From Carcharhinus longimanus (Eukaryota): a stretch of 58,025 nucleotides of DNA. The stretch lies in the NCBI GenBank assembly GCA_030264375.1, contig JASCQW010000061.1, positions 123,105,175 through 123,163,199 of the forward strand, written 5' to 3'. A program made the position numbers and the translations under genes. Positions 1 to 12,053 of the stretch are shown here, in pieces (the stretch's first letter is position 1; every line of letters starts with the position of its first letter). The notes under the pieces are model-generated. The model did no database searches. It was not told the DNA's origin and worked only from the letters and a program-made list of their open reading frames with translations.

Positions 1-196
1 CTGTGCTTGCTTTCTCATCTTTCTTTGACAATCCTGGGTCTCTGTCCACATCCTTCCAAGCTTCACTGAAACCAGCAAGAACTCTATCATATGTGGTGCC
101 AGCGCAATGTCTTATGGAACTGGTGGAGATGGCACTGCCTGTGGCAGGGGACAACCTGAGCACATTCACATTAACTGTCTGCATCCTTGGGTGATA
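1..196 (-). CDS. Candidate internal coding exon of an unidentified host gene (runs to the window edge)
   Basis: Minus strand reads attatacttttcag|TATCACCCA, a pyrimidine-rich acceptor. Only one frame is open: YHPRMQTVNVNVLRLSPATGSAISTSSIRHCAGTTYDRVLAGFSEAWKDVDRDPGLSKKDEKAST. The other two frames stop within 10 codons. It does not resemble the adjacent Gypsy pol. No donor is visible inside the window. Confidence 0.55.
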
Positions 197-1211
197 CTGA
201 AAAGTATAATTATACATAGCCAAAACTAATGAAACTTTTTGACTGCCTATATGACTACAAGCTTTCCTTCTTGATTTTGGGATTCTGTCTTCCCACATCA
301 GACAAATCCTTGAGGCAAAAGTAATTAGTCTTTCTGCTCCATCAGGTATTCTATGGGACAAAACTACTCCCATTCCACAGAGAGAGATATCACACATCAC
401 CAATAAAGGTTTAGTTGGATCAGTAATGATGAGGACTGCAGAACCTCTTCGATTTTTGTGAATGCATCTATCTCCCCACCTCCATCTTTATTTCTTTAAC
501 AATTGGTGGAATGCAGCTAAGATTGTGGATAATTTTTGTCGGAACTGACCATAATAGTTGACCATTCTGAGAAATGATTTTAATTTAGAGATGTTCATTG
601 GCTATGGAGCCTCTTTTATTGATTTTAATTTTATCTGCCAAGGGAATCAAACCTTTTGCATCTGCCCTAAAACCCATATCATTAACTTCACCTGATTGGA
701 AAGTAAATTTCTCCTATTTCTACCTAACTCCTGCTTCTTTAATCACTCCAAAATTTCTTCCAAAATTGCCCTGTGCTCTTCAGGTGTGGATCCGGAGATA
801 AACCACTCCATTCGGGGTGCCCCTGTCAAAGACTTTGCACTGTTTGGTGGGAAATGGCACAGGCTGATGAGACTCCAAAAGGCAGGTGTGTGTATTGGTA
901 TAAACCCTCACGAGTGTTACTCGTAACCAACCTCTGTGAGTCATCATCCAATCCCAATTGCTGGTCAGCATGACTGAAGCCTGATTTGGTGTATTTTAAA
1001 CTTCCAGGTAGTTTGGCAAAGGGGGCTTCAATTTTCGGATTGGGATATCTGTCTGTTTGAGCTTCTCTATTAATTATCAATTTATAATCCCTGCAAATTC
1101 TTACAATCTGATACGGTTTTAGGATAGGGGCTATGGGTGTGGCCCATTCTGAAAATTGAACAAATTTAATGATACTTAAATCTTTGCATCTCTTATGCAC
1201 TTCACCATAAG

Positions 1212-1470
1212 GGTGATGGTGGGAGATATAGGGGCGATGTCCGAGTAGACTCTTCACTCAGAGAGTGGTTGGGGTGTGGAATGCACTGCCTGCTGTGATA
1301 GTGGAGTCGGACACTTTAGGAACTTTCAAGTGGTTATTGGATAGGCACATGGTGCACACCAGAATGATAGGGAGTGGGATAGCTTGATTTTGGGATTGGA
1401 CATAGCTCGGCACAACATTGAGGACCAAAGGGCCTGTACTGTGCTATAATGTTCTTTGTTTCTATGTTTT
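1212..1470 (+). mobile_element. CR1/HER1-type LINE 3' end nested in the Gypsy pol
   Basis: ttcactcagagagtggttggggtgtggaatgcactgcct (FTQRVVGVWNALP), then the tail ggaccaaagggcctgtactgtgctataatgttctttgtttctatg. The Gypsy frame continues on both sides. Confidence 0.88.
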
Positions 1471-1863
1471 TATGCCAAGCTTAAGGCAAAATTTAGGCAT
1501 TGCCTCTGAATACAGATATATTTTATCATTAGCTCCCCTTCAACGTCCTAATTTTGTTTTGACAGCCCTTTCACTCTTGAAAGCTGCCATCTCACAGATT
1601 TAATATCTCTAACTAATTTAGTTTAATCTGTTTAAGCGAATCCCACTCTATCAAATAAGGTCAATGTCCCTTATTTATGAAGATAGGAAACTGTACCATC
1701 TGATCCTTGCAGGACACTGTGACTATTGCTGCCCCTAAAATCCACAGTGTCTCTCTGGCTTTGGTGGATAACATAGCTCCAAATATGTTCAACCTCAATG
1801 GTCTAAGGACTTTTTGAAGGTTAATAAAATACTTGCTTGCCTATGGCTCTATCCACAGACCAT

Positions 1864-1991
1864 GGCTGGAATTTTACTGGCACGCCAACCCCGATTCCGG
1901 GGGGATGGGCTCAAGACAGAGAACGGCATTCACTGCTGGCCTTGAGTGGGATCGTGCGAAACTTGGGCTGACGTGCCAGTAATATTCTGCC
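1864..1991. mobile_element. Harbinger-type MITE with 3-bp TSD (CAT), nested in the Gypsy protease region
   Basis: TIRs ggctggaattttactggcacg / cgtgccagtaatattctgccc, with cat on both sides. Confidence 0.8.
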
Positions 1992-3105
1992 CCATGGGTT
2001 AACTTCCATTTTCAGAGGGCAGCCATGTAAAGCTAACTCCACAGGGGGCACCTGACTCATTCAGACCTGGTTTCGGGTGAACAATCGGGCTCCTCATCCA
2101 GTTAAACTAATAGTTGTGGGATTTTTGTCCATGCTGTCCTGACAGCTTTACTCTTCTCCATGATTGTAAATGACTCTCTTTGTAGCACTTCAGCACACCT
2201 AACTTTCACATTGGCAGGTTTCTGAGGAGAGTTCTCCCCCACACCGATAACATGTTTCTGCCTTTGGTGCTCTCTCTCTTTGATTGGACTCTTCAGTATC
2301 TGCAGTCAGGTTGCCCTTCACACCAGCCAACTCCCGCCACAAGCAACTGACTTTGTTTGTCACTCCTTGCAATTTGTCAGGTGGTGTTGTGTACAAATTG
2401 GCTGTTTTATTCCCAAGCATTGGGTAGGAAAACCTTCAAGTCTCGTGGGGCAGCCTATTCAACAGTTTAAAGCTGACATTCTGTTGGTACACCTTGCAAT
2501 TTGCACATACCCTGCTCTGCACATTCAGTCACCTGGGCCAGCGACACAGCATTCTCTGGAGAGATTTTGGCCTCTGCCAATAACTTTGTTTTTATAAGCA
2601 GACTGTTTCTAACACAGACCAAACAGTCCTTCACCATTCTCTGAAAACTGGGCTGAATTTGTAGCTCTGTTAATCCTCCGCAGCTGGCCATGAAACCCCT
2701 GGCTGTCGGGCTGCTGGGTGAAATTTGTATTTAATTGAGGGGTGGAGATTGAAATGATTCTTAACAACTCTCAACTATCTGGTCAAATGATTGGGTGTTT
2801 AGAGCATCAGGCAATGTTAAATTTCTGATTAAACTGTTTAAGTCTGTCAGCCACAGGCTGTGAACATTCTGCCTTTAGTTATTTTCTCATTTGCTGCAAA
2901 GAAGTGAGGGAGTCTTTCAATAGACTGGCCCCAGTGCTCTGCTTTGGGATCAAAATGTNNNNNNNNNNTCTAATTTCTCGATCAAAGGCATCTTAACACT
3001 GCACCTGTACCTTGCTTTTTCTTATCTTTGACATTCTAGACTCTTCTCCTTCTAGCTGTGCACTGCAATCCCAAACAAATTTGGAAAGATTTTCCTCGTC
3101 CCCAA

Positions 3106-3354
3106 TGCAATAAATCGAGGACAGCCCGAAGAGGCTTCATAAAGAAAGGGTTTTATTATCAACATAATGATTAACGATATATACAGACAGAGTCTGACAG
3201 AATAACTATGTGATTGTACACTCCCCAGATCCAGCTGCTGATCTTTCCAGACCTGGGATATGAGCCCTTGCACTCAATTGACGAAACTTCTCGCTTCGAC
3301 AGGCCACATGGTCTGGCGTAACCACATGGGCCTTAAAGAGGCCACGCTACCACA
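3106..3354 (-). repeat. 5' LTR of the Gypsy element, with primer-binding site at 3094-3104
   Basis: Minus strand starts TGTGGTAGCG, ends TTTATTGCA (TG...CA) and contains AATAAA (~3152-3157). One base later comes TGGGGACGAGG, a one-mismatch version of the TGGCGACGAGG PBS typical of this Gypsy group, directly upstream of gag. Confidence 0.8.
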
Positions 3355-3639
3355 CCCATCAACAAAACCTGATCCAATTACCCCACTGACCAAATCCGAC
3401 TAAACATCTGACCACCTGACTACCCCCCGAGACCCCTGTAAACTAACCTCAAACACCTGATGACCCTCCCAACCCAACCTAACTATCCCCCAATCCCTCT
3501 ACCAATACACAAACCTTATCCACCTCATACCTCAGATCACCTTCCCACCTCTGCAGCTGTACACTGAACCCCTCCTCCACCTCGCCACTTAACAACTCAC
3601 CCACTTACGCATCTTACTCACACCCACTTACCTTTTGGA

Positions 3640-3901
3640 TGAGTATCGACCTATTCTGTTAAAGGGATGTAAAGATTTTATAGCGAGATTTGAAGACAAA
3701 CAGGAGAGTTTCCCCATTATCCTGTTCAATTTCATCCATCAAGAATATCATTAAAAGGATCATTTTTGCTCGTCAGATATTCTACACAAATTGGCTGATC
3801 TATTTCCACACATTGGGTAAGAAAACCTTCAAGTCTCTTTGGACAGCATGTTCAACGGTTCAAAGTTGATGTAATATTGGTAACCATTAAGCATGAGCAA
3901 G
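3640..3901 (+). repeat. Deu-domain SINE (SacSINE1/AmnSINE-like) fragment plus unique flank; inverted copy of 4540-4808
   Basis: gggatgtaaagat..atttgaagac..caggagagtttcccc..cacaaattggctg..tttcc..acatt matches the Deu domain. The whole segment is reverse-complementary to 4540-4808. Confidence 0.7.
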
Positions 3902-4539
3902 NNNNNNNNNNNNNNNNNNNNNNNNNNNNNNNNNNNNNNNNNNNNNNNNNNNNNNNNNNNNNNNNNNNNNNNNNNNNNNNNNNNNNNNNNNNNNNNNNNN
4001 NNNNNNNNNNNNNNNNNNNNNNNNNNNNNNNNNNNNNNNNNNNNNNNNNNNNNNNNNNNNNNNNNNNNNNNNNNNNNNNNNNNNNNNNNNNNNNNNNNNN
4101 NNNNNNNNNNNNNNNNNNNNNNNNNNNNNNNNNNNNNNNNNNNNNNNNNNNNNNNNNNNNNNNNNNNNNNNNNNNNNNNNNNNNNNNNNNNNNNNNNNNN
4201 NNNNNNNNNNNNNNNNNNNCCACTTACACCTTAACCAAGTGCCCACTTGTCCATGTGCCCACTCTACCACCAAGTCATTTACCAACTCACTAATTCACTC
4301 ATCCATTCACTAACTTTCAGACAGAACCTTTACCAATACAGCGGCTGGGCCATAGGGAGGTCTTTCTTCAATCTGATGGAGTTCCCTGATTGGGATTGCA
4401 GTGTGCATATCCTTGACAGCCAGATTGGAAAGATGCAGGAAGAAATGAGCAGCAGCATCAGGTCAGGGGAATTTCTGAGCAATCTGACTGTCATTGCCGC
4501 TGCTCAGAAGAGCCAGGCTGATGTTTGTGAGTGAATTGA

Positions 4540-4835
4540 ATCTTGCTCATGCTTCACGGTTACCAAACGGATGTCAGCTTTGAACTGTTGAATAGGCTGC
4601 CCCAAGGGACTTAAAGGTTTTCCGACCCAATGCTTGGAAATAAAGCAGCCAATTTGTACAGAACACCACCTGACAAGCAGAAATGATCTGTTCAATGATA
4701 TTGCTTGATGGATGAAATTAAGTGGGATGACAGGGAAACTCTCCTGCTTGTCTTCAAATAGCGTGATGGAATCTTTACATCCCTTTCAGGGAGTAGATAG
4801 ATACTCATCCAAAAGATAGTGGCCTCACAATTGAA
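4540..4835 (-). mobile_element. Deu-domain SINE fragment plus unique flank
   Basis: gcagccaatttgtacag..gggaaactctcctgcttgtcttcaaatagc..atctttacatcc..ctcatccaaaaga is the reverse complement of the Deu domain. Confidence 0.72.
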
Positions 4836-5194
4836 TAGTGTATATCAACTGTTTTTTCAGATGATAAATTGACGGAGATATGTTTCAATGAGGTTTGTTG
4901 AACCAAAAGCAGGATTTGCACTAAACAGAAATTGCCACTGGTGATGTCGTAAAAACCACAACTCAAATTCCAGTACAATTTTATTGGTGATGGAATTGAA
5001 AGGGGTTCTGTTAAACAACATATTATCAGTAACCAGGTGTGGAAGCTGACTGAAATGAGGTATCTCATAGACAGCATTCCCAAAGTTTCAATGATTCTTT
5101 ATCAAAGTAATTTCATACCTTTTACTGATAAAGAAGTGGTGCTGACAACAATATGAAAATTGGCACATTAACAGCTATTAATTCAGCGTTAATT

Positions 5195-5295
5195 CATCTG
5201 AAGAAGACAAGGACTCAAAATGTTACCACTGATTTCTCTCTGCCAGACCTGCTGCATTTTTCTGTTTTTGTTTCAGATTGCAGCATCTTGTGTGT
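5195..5295 (+). mobile_element. Degenerate Penelope-like 3' terminal repeat
   Basis: ctgaagaag..gactcaaaatgtt (decayed CTGANGA..GAAACGT hammerhead-like), then ctgccagacctgctg..ttttctgtttttgtttcagatt..cagcatc. Similar decayed copies at ~20325-20430(-), ~39925-40015(+) and ~56590-56690(-). Confidence 0.5.
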
Positions 5296-8200
5296 ATTTT
5301 ATATTAATTCACTTGTATGTTTTGAACAAATTACACAGCAGGTACTACCAATCCTCATTAACAGGATGCCCCATTGAAACAAGATATCCCACAACCAGTA
5401 AAAAAAACATGCAACACTATCATTGGTGCAAAATTTTTTATAAAACAATTAAGAGCGAACATTATCTCTTGAGTTGAGGCAGATGAGAAATTGTTTAGTC
5501 CTTCACATTGTATTTTTAACTCCAGGGTCTCACCTGCCCAGGCCCTGCTGATTTCCTGTCCAAAGTCACTCGGAGGTGGCAGTCAGTTCTGGGCAAGGCT
5601 TCAGGCAGTGGGCAGCAATCACTCAGGGCCTCAAAGAAATGTTTCATGGTATTCAGGTAGTTGAAAAGTGGGGAATGAGGTAAGGTATTCATTGTCAGGA
5701 GGGTTTCACTGCCAGGCCCAGAGAGAGAAGTTGGACAACGGGAGATGAAAGATTTCTTGTCGGACCTCATGGAAAACTTTTCTTCCTGTTGTCCCACATG
5801 GAAACGTTAAAATAAAACTTGAAATCACTTACTTAGTTTAAATCTCTTGAGATATCTCCTCAAGAACTACTCCATAGCCAAGTGTCAGGGAGCACAGTCT
5901 AGTCGCTCCACACTCCAAATGTTGACTCAGGGTCATTCCCAACGAGCTCACCCACACCCGCACCAGACCCGTTCCTTTAAAGGGGCTATGTCCCAACATA
6001 CATAACATTTACCTTTCTGTCGTCCAAGCCTGATCTGCATATTTAAAGAAAAATGCCACAGCCTTCTGCTGAGTGTCCCTTATATGTGCTCAGAGGAGCA
6101 GATGAAGAACCCGATATAAGGGAAGGTAGCAGCATTAGTGCATATTCTTGGTAAAATGTTAATTGCCTATTCTGTTTCCACTGTGTCAGCAGAATTAAAA
6201 TCAACCCTTTAGGGAACTGAAATAATCTCCAGTACAATTATTTTATTGATATTTATGGTTGCCTAATAAACAGCTTTGATTTAAAAGTCTCTTTGAAACT
6301 CATTTCAATCTCAGCCACACATTCAACAACAACTTGCATTTTTATGGCACCAGTAATGTCCTCTCTTGTCCTAAGGTGCCTCATAGGAGGATAAACAGAT
6401 GAAAAATTATCATTCATCTTCAGAGCACTGAACAGATTCTGCCCATTACTGGAGGATCAAGATATATTTGATCACAATGGCAGGTAGACAACAGGAAAAA
6501 TATTACAAATCTTTCAGTAATGCTGGAATTCTTGAAGATATTGATCACGCTGTTTATTCCAATCATTCTTTTGGACCTCTTTCACTTGTTTGAGAATTAT
6601 TTAATCTGCATTGAATTGAAACGGATAAGAAGCACAGTATGATACTAAATTAAATACTTCAAAGATTTCACACGGCCAAAACATCAAAATCTAAGCACTG
6701 ATAAATGACACAACAGAAAAGTAATTTCGAAAATTCAGCTCATAATGGCAATGTTGCCAAAGTCCATTAATAATACTAAGCCGTGCACTAGTGGAGCACA
6801 CATACTTAGAATAGTTATATTATAATTTTATTGCTCTCTCTGGGACCCTGTCAAAAGACCATTACTAATACTGGAATGAAGCCAGCAGTTTTCCTCATAA
6901 TCATTATTCAACTTGCTGTATTTATTGTTCTGTGGAAGATAGCGAGAATCATGTAACACATTTCAAAAAAGTTTCACCTTGTTGAGAAATTGTCAGTGGG
7001 TCTCCCGTATGTCCACATATCTTGATATTTTTCTTAATGCTTGATGAGTCCAGGTGTTTCTATTTAACAAATTCGCTGAGAGGAAAAAAATGTTAAGCAT
7101 GTGTGTTTTTTTTATTTTGTAACAGACATAATCCCCACAGCTGGTCTATAAAATCCGGCAGTTGTAGAAAATAAACACGAGATTGACAGAGCTTTGGCAA
7201 GGTAAGAACATAGATAACAAGCATCACTATTTGATGGTAGTAATTAAATATTTTGAAGGGCAAGGTCAGTTGTGGAAGGTATAACAAACTGGTGACCCTG
7301 AAGGTCAAAATGCAATGTAAAATTAAATTAAAGATTCTATAAAGAGCTAGGTTTTGACCTATTGCTTTATAGCAACTACAAAAACCTGAACTGCATTATT
7401 ACCTCGTAACACANNNNNNNNNNNNNNNNNNNNNNNNNNNNNNNNNNNNNNNNNNNNNNNNNNNNNNNNNNNNNNNNNNNNNNNNNNNNNNNNNNNNNNN
7501 NNNNNNNNNNNNNATTATTACCTCGTAACACAGTCAGCTGTTCATCTAAATATTGGATACTTCGATGCACTCCTATTATAATAAATGAACAGATCATGGC
7601 TCCTTATCCTGCACAATAAGTGCAGGAGGCTAACAAGATTTTGCACAGCTTGTAAAGATGCAATCATGGACCGTTACTGAATAATTTATCGCAGCCATGC
7701 CCTTAAGGGTTTCCATGCATTATTATATCTGTTAGCAGTGTGTGTTTTGTGATAGCATTTCATATTTTCCATGAGTGGTTATTTGAGACACTCTGGGTTT
7801 GTATTTTAAATAGGCAGGCTGGGGTGGGTGGGGTGTGCACTGCTGGCATACTCCACCCCGTGTCTCCCCACACCCATTCCATGCCCGTTCCACCTCCCTG
7901 CCAAAGAAGGATATGTTGGTTCCAAGCCAACTGACTCGAAATAGGGTTATTCTGCCACAGTAACATGCAGCAGTTGGTCATAACCAGCTGAGGGGAGGAT
8001 TTCTACTCCTCAGTGGAAATCCTATCCTCGCGACTCTTCGCCAATTCAATTGGCCGGCAGTTCTTGCCATCTGATCAGTGCTGGAAATCAGTAGTGTACG
8101 TTGCTGGGACTGCCAGAGTCCCACAAAGAGGGTTAATGGCATCTGGACCCAGGTAAATCGTGGGCTTTGAGGGTGGGCAGGAACTAGCAACCCAGGTGAG

Positions 8201-10354
8201 TGGAGGGTCGGTGGAGTAAGGGTCAGGTTTCAGACGCTTGGCCAGGAGGCACAAAGTGGGGGTACAATCATCTGAGGTTGCACAGGGCACCCTTCAAATT
8301 ATTCCTTCCTACCTTTTCACCAACTTTGGTGAGGAAAAAGACCTCGACATTCTCACCCGCCTTTCACTTTCCGGCTTAATATGGCTGGAGGTAGGAAAGC
8401 TGTGGGCCTCCCAACATATTTCACTTGTCCACACGTCAAGAGTAGCTGGGGCTTGAGGGGAAGGGGGAGGGCCAGGCGGGTGGCAATAAAATATGTTAAA
8501 TTGTGGCAGCCAACTTGTATAAATGTAGGGGCAGAATTTTACTGTATCTGATGGGCGGTAAAGCTGGTGGGAAGGGGCGGGGGTGGGCATAAAATTCCCT
8601 GGGTGTGTTTTACTGGCCTACACGTACTTCCTTCTCAGCTGACTTCTCCATCAATATCCCCAGCCGCCCTCTCTGTGCCCACCTTCGGGGCCTCACCGCT
8701 CCTCCCTACCATATGACTCCCTGCATTTGAATGGATTCTGGGAATTAAAATCTGGAGATCGCTGTACTCCCAACCCTAGCCCCTCTGCGACTGGCACTGC
8801 TGAGGCCACATAGCTGCCAGACAATCAGATGGACTAGAATCTCTCTGAGACCAATCTTCTGCCCAAGTAAGGGATGTTAAATGTCTGTGGGGCTGCTGTG
8901 ATTGGCAGGGACATGTTACCCACTAATTCTTTCCACTATAGAGAGGAAACTCTGCCATCCAAAAACCCTGTTCTCAGTGTCTATCTGGGATGTGGCAAAA
9001 GATGTTTCCTATAATGGATGAGATTTTCTGGCCCCGCTCACTCCTGAGGCAGTCTGATCCAGCTGGAACTCACTTGACCTTTGGCTGACAGATTCTGCCG
9101 CTGCGGGACTGGAAAACCCCAGCCAATGCATTTCACAATAGGCGAGCTATATTTGGAAAAAATGCTTCTTCTTGATGAAAGAGAGCAAATTTACCATGTA
9201 TTTTTAAAGCCTTGTTTACCATGTTGATGCCAGTCAAGGAAGATTCTGTTGAAATATTTAGCAAGTTGTCACATTATGTTGAGTTCATGTGACGTTGGTT
9301 TTATTATAGTGGATTATAAATGCCCCAAGCATACTTCACCAGATGCCAATAGATAGCTGCACTGACTTTTGTATTTGATTGTTTTTCATGTGCTGAATTT
9401 TATTTTCATCATTTGTATGAAGGACCTGTGGTCTATTTGTTCCCTCTTGGTTCCTACATTCCTGACTGCATTGTTAAATCTGTTTAATATTCTCATCAGA
9501 ATTATAACTGAAATCTGTTCAAATTCTATCGTAATGTACTTGTTGTCTTCCCAGAATATGCAGATCTCAAACTAACTTGGATAAACCTTGTCTGCAAAAG
9601 TGTACGTATTGGGTGTGTCAATATCTTGGTACATGTTAATGTACTAATGTTTCCAAGGAGATGCTAACAAAATTGAAGATTTGAATGCTTGGCTAGTTGA
9701 ATGTGATCAGGACGGTGCCAGTTGTAAACAGAAAGGGATATTTGATACGACCCAGCAGGCATCTTAAAATGGAGACCACTTCTTGTTAAACTGTGTCCCC
9801 TAGTTCTCGTCTCCCCCACAAGAGGAGCCATCCTCCCAGTGTAGGGATGGACAGCTTACATATCTGGCACCACACTGACTCTGAAATTCATACAATGCAA
9901 CACTGAAATTCATACAACGCGTTGCTCATTTGTGTGGTTAGCGGAGTGTCTTTTTGGCTTGCAGGCAGGATCCTGTTAACAGAGAACACCACTCATGATG
10001 TTACTGCCTAGTAGCAGCACAAAGTGGCTGGCTTCACCTGTTGCTCAAATATTTGAGATAGCTTACACTTCCAAGGCAATTTTCACCTTCAGTTTGCTTC
10101 ATCTTCATGAAGACTTGCAAAGCCATGTGCATGTTTGACATTGTCAGCTTATTTACTAGTATCCTGCTTAAGGAGGCCGCAGATATTTACACTGAGTCAC
10201 GATATTACACTGATTTAGATGTGCCACTATTTTTTTGAATCTGGACTCTTGAACTTGTGAATTTACCAACTTGTGCAGTTCACTTCAGCTTTAATGACAC
10301 CATGTATGCCCAAATAGATGGTGTTGCCACCCTGATTAGATCATTGCCCACTGT

Positions 10355-10705
10355 GTAGGAATATAGGACCTCAGAGCAGGAGTAGGCTATTTAGCCCATC
10401 GAGCCTGCTCTGTCATTTGATATGATCATGGCTGATCTGGTGATGGTCTCAACTTAATTTTCCTCTCTGTACTCCATAAGCCTTGGCTCCCATGTCTATC
10501 AGAAATCTGTCTAACTAAACCTTGAATGAATTCAACGACCCAGTTTCAACTGCTTTCTGGAGAAGAGGATCCATAGCAAAAGTTCTCCTCTTCTCTATCT
10601 TAGGATGGAGACCTCTTATTCTTAAACTGTGTTCCCTGGTTCTAATTTCTCCCATAAGAGGAACCAGCCTCTCAAGATCCACCCTGCCAAGACCCTCATG
10701 ATACA
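10355..10705 (-). mobile_element. CR1-type LINE 3' fragment
   Basis: HEGLGRVDLERLVPLMGEIRTREHSLRIRG..QKAVETGSLNSFK, and tail gagcaggagtaggctatttagcccatcgagcctgctc..gatcatggctgatc. Confidence 0.88.
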
Positions 10706-11261
10706 ATCAAGAATCTCTACACCATTCGGAATAAACAGTTTGCTTGACTAGAATAAGCCAACCAACCACCTTAAACATTGATTCCCTCCAGCTCAAGCAC
10801 AGTGTCTGCCATCTGCAACTTGTACAGCACCAATCTTCCAATCTCCACTACNNNNNNNNNNNNNNNNNNNNNNNNNACAAGGGCAACAGCTATACGGTAA
10901 AGCAGAGAGGAAATACAGCTCAGCTCGATTGCAAGAAGTAAATAATAAATGTTTCAGTAAAAAAAACACAACAACAAAGATCAATTTCTTACTTGTCATC
11001 CTTCAGATTGATTGGAAACCAATTTGCTGCCCAAGTGCATTCCTTACCACATCAATCAAGGAAATATTTCTAACCCTCCCAATGAGAAAATGGTTCATAT
11101 TAAAAAAACTGTCAGACAAAAGGAATGAAAATTAAAGGCTGAGTTTTCTGCACCCTCTGGCTGGCTTGGAGGTGATGAGGCTGGGCAAATAGGGGGGAAA
11201 CTGTGTAAGGAAGACTCTTGAATATATCCACAATGCATCCCAGAGATGGCCTGGGAAGCCT

Positions 11262-11574
11262 GGTTGGCACGGGAGCACAATATTAGCACTGCTGCCTCAC
11301 AGCACCACGGATCTGGCTTTGATCCTCAGTTTAGGTCACTGTCTGTGTGGAGTTTGCACCTTCTCTCCATGTCTGCATGGGTTTTCTCCGGGTGCTCCGG
11401 TTTCCTCCCACAGCCCAAAGATGTATGGGTTAGATGGATTGGCCAGGATAAATTATCTATTAGTGTTAGGGGGTTAGCAGGGTAAATACGTAGTGTTGCA
11501 GGGATGGGGCATGGATGGGATCATTATCAGTGCAGGCTTGGTGGGTCGAATGGTGCACTGTAGGGATTCTGTGA
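11262..11574 (+). mobile_element. HE1-type V-SINE (HER1/CR1-type tail)
   Basis: tRNA-like head ttagcactgctgcctcacag, V-domain tgtgtggagtttgcac..ttcctcccacag, tail gcactgtagggattctgtga. Confidence 0.92.
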
Positions 11575-12053
11575 AGCAGATTGATTGTCCCCTACATTGA
11601 GACATACAGGCAAGTTCAATTCTCAAGGCTTCATTGCAGTATCTTGGAGCATTTTGTTGACAGTCACACGTGTTGAGGCTGTAAGGTCTATGGTAGCTTC
11701 CGCCCTGCAACAGGCAGGCTGGGCCATCACAGCCGGGGGTTCCACGCTCAAAGAGAGAGCTGCTCATAGGAAAGCTTGCGCCCTTGGTCTGAACATTTTC
11801 ACTGAAGAGATATGGTCTTCCACTCCTAAAGGTTTTCACACTTAGCCTTTGCAAAACCTTCAGTTAAATGTATGCCTCTGAAAGCACCTCCATTTGAGAG
11901 TCGTCTACCTGTTTCAGCAGCACCCACCTTTCTTGAAGGGTCTGTGATTGGGCTTCATCATAAAAGGGGCCAACACACTTCTTCTAAGGACAATGTATGT
12001 GGAAGTGGCCAGTTAGGAGGCTGCCTCTGGGAAGATAGTCTGGTCATTCTTCT

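Larger units (their letters stand above)
225..3354 (-). mobile_element. Decayed, 3'-truncated Ty3/Gypsy LTR retrotransposon (LTR, PBS, gag, protease, RT, RNase H; no integrase or 3' LTR)
   Basis: Minus-strand translations come in the expected order: gag FDPKAEHWGQSIERLPHFFAAN (~2890-2955) and KTKLLAEAKISPENAVSLAQ (~2540-2600); zinc knuckle CYRCGG (~2240); protease region LHGCPLKMEVN (~2000-2030) and ILGAAIVTVSCKDQ..PYLIEWDSLKQIKL (~1620-1740); RT SEWATPIAPILK..VRICRDYK..GLYQYTHLPFGVSSA (826-1170); KLKSFLRMVNYYGQF; RNase H VMCDISLCGMGVVLSH..ERLITFASR..AVKKFH (~230-410). Many stops and frameshifts. Confidence 0.93.

Noticed and set aside
3-194. Plus-strand 63-aa ORF
   Set aside because: Antisense shadow of the minus-strand candidate exon; non-ATG start and no supporting signals.
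3852-4293. Long ORFs here and at 19671-20041, 33901-34566 and other gaps
   Set aside because: They are open only because they run through N-gaps.
7394-7531. Direct repeat attattacctcgtaacaca on both sides of a ~100-N gap
   Set aside because: Identical sequence abutting a fixed-size gap is the signature of an unmerged contig overlap.
11246-11485. Recurrent peptide STAASQ..GPGFDS..SLSVWSLHIL..SAWVSSGCSGFLPQSKD in many ORFs, looking like a small-protein family
   Set aside because: These are translations of HE1 SINE copies, not genes.
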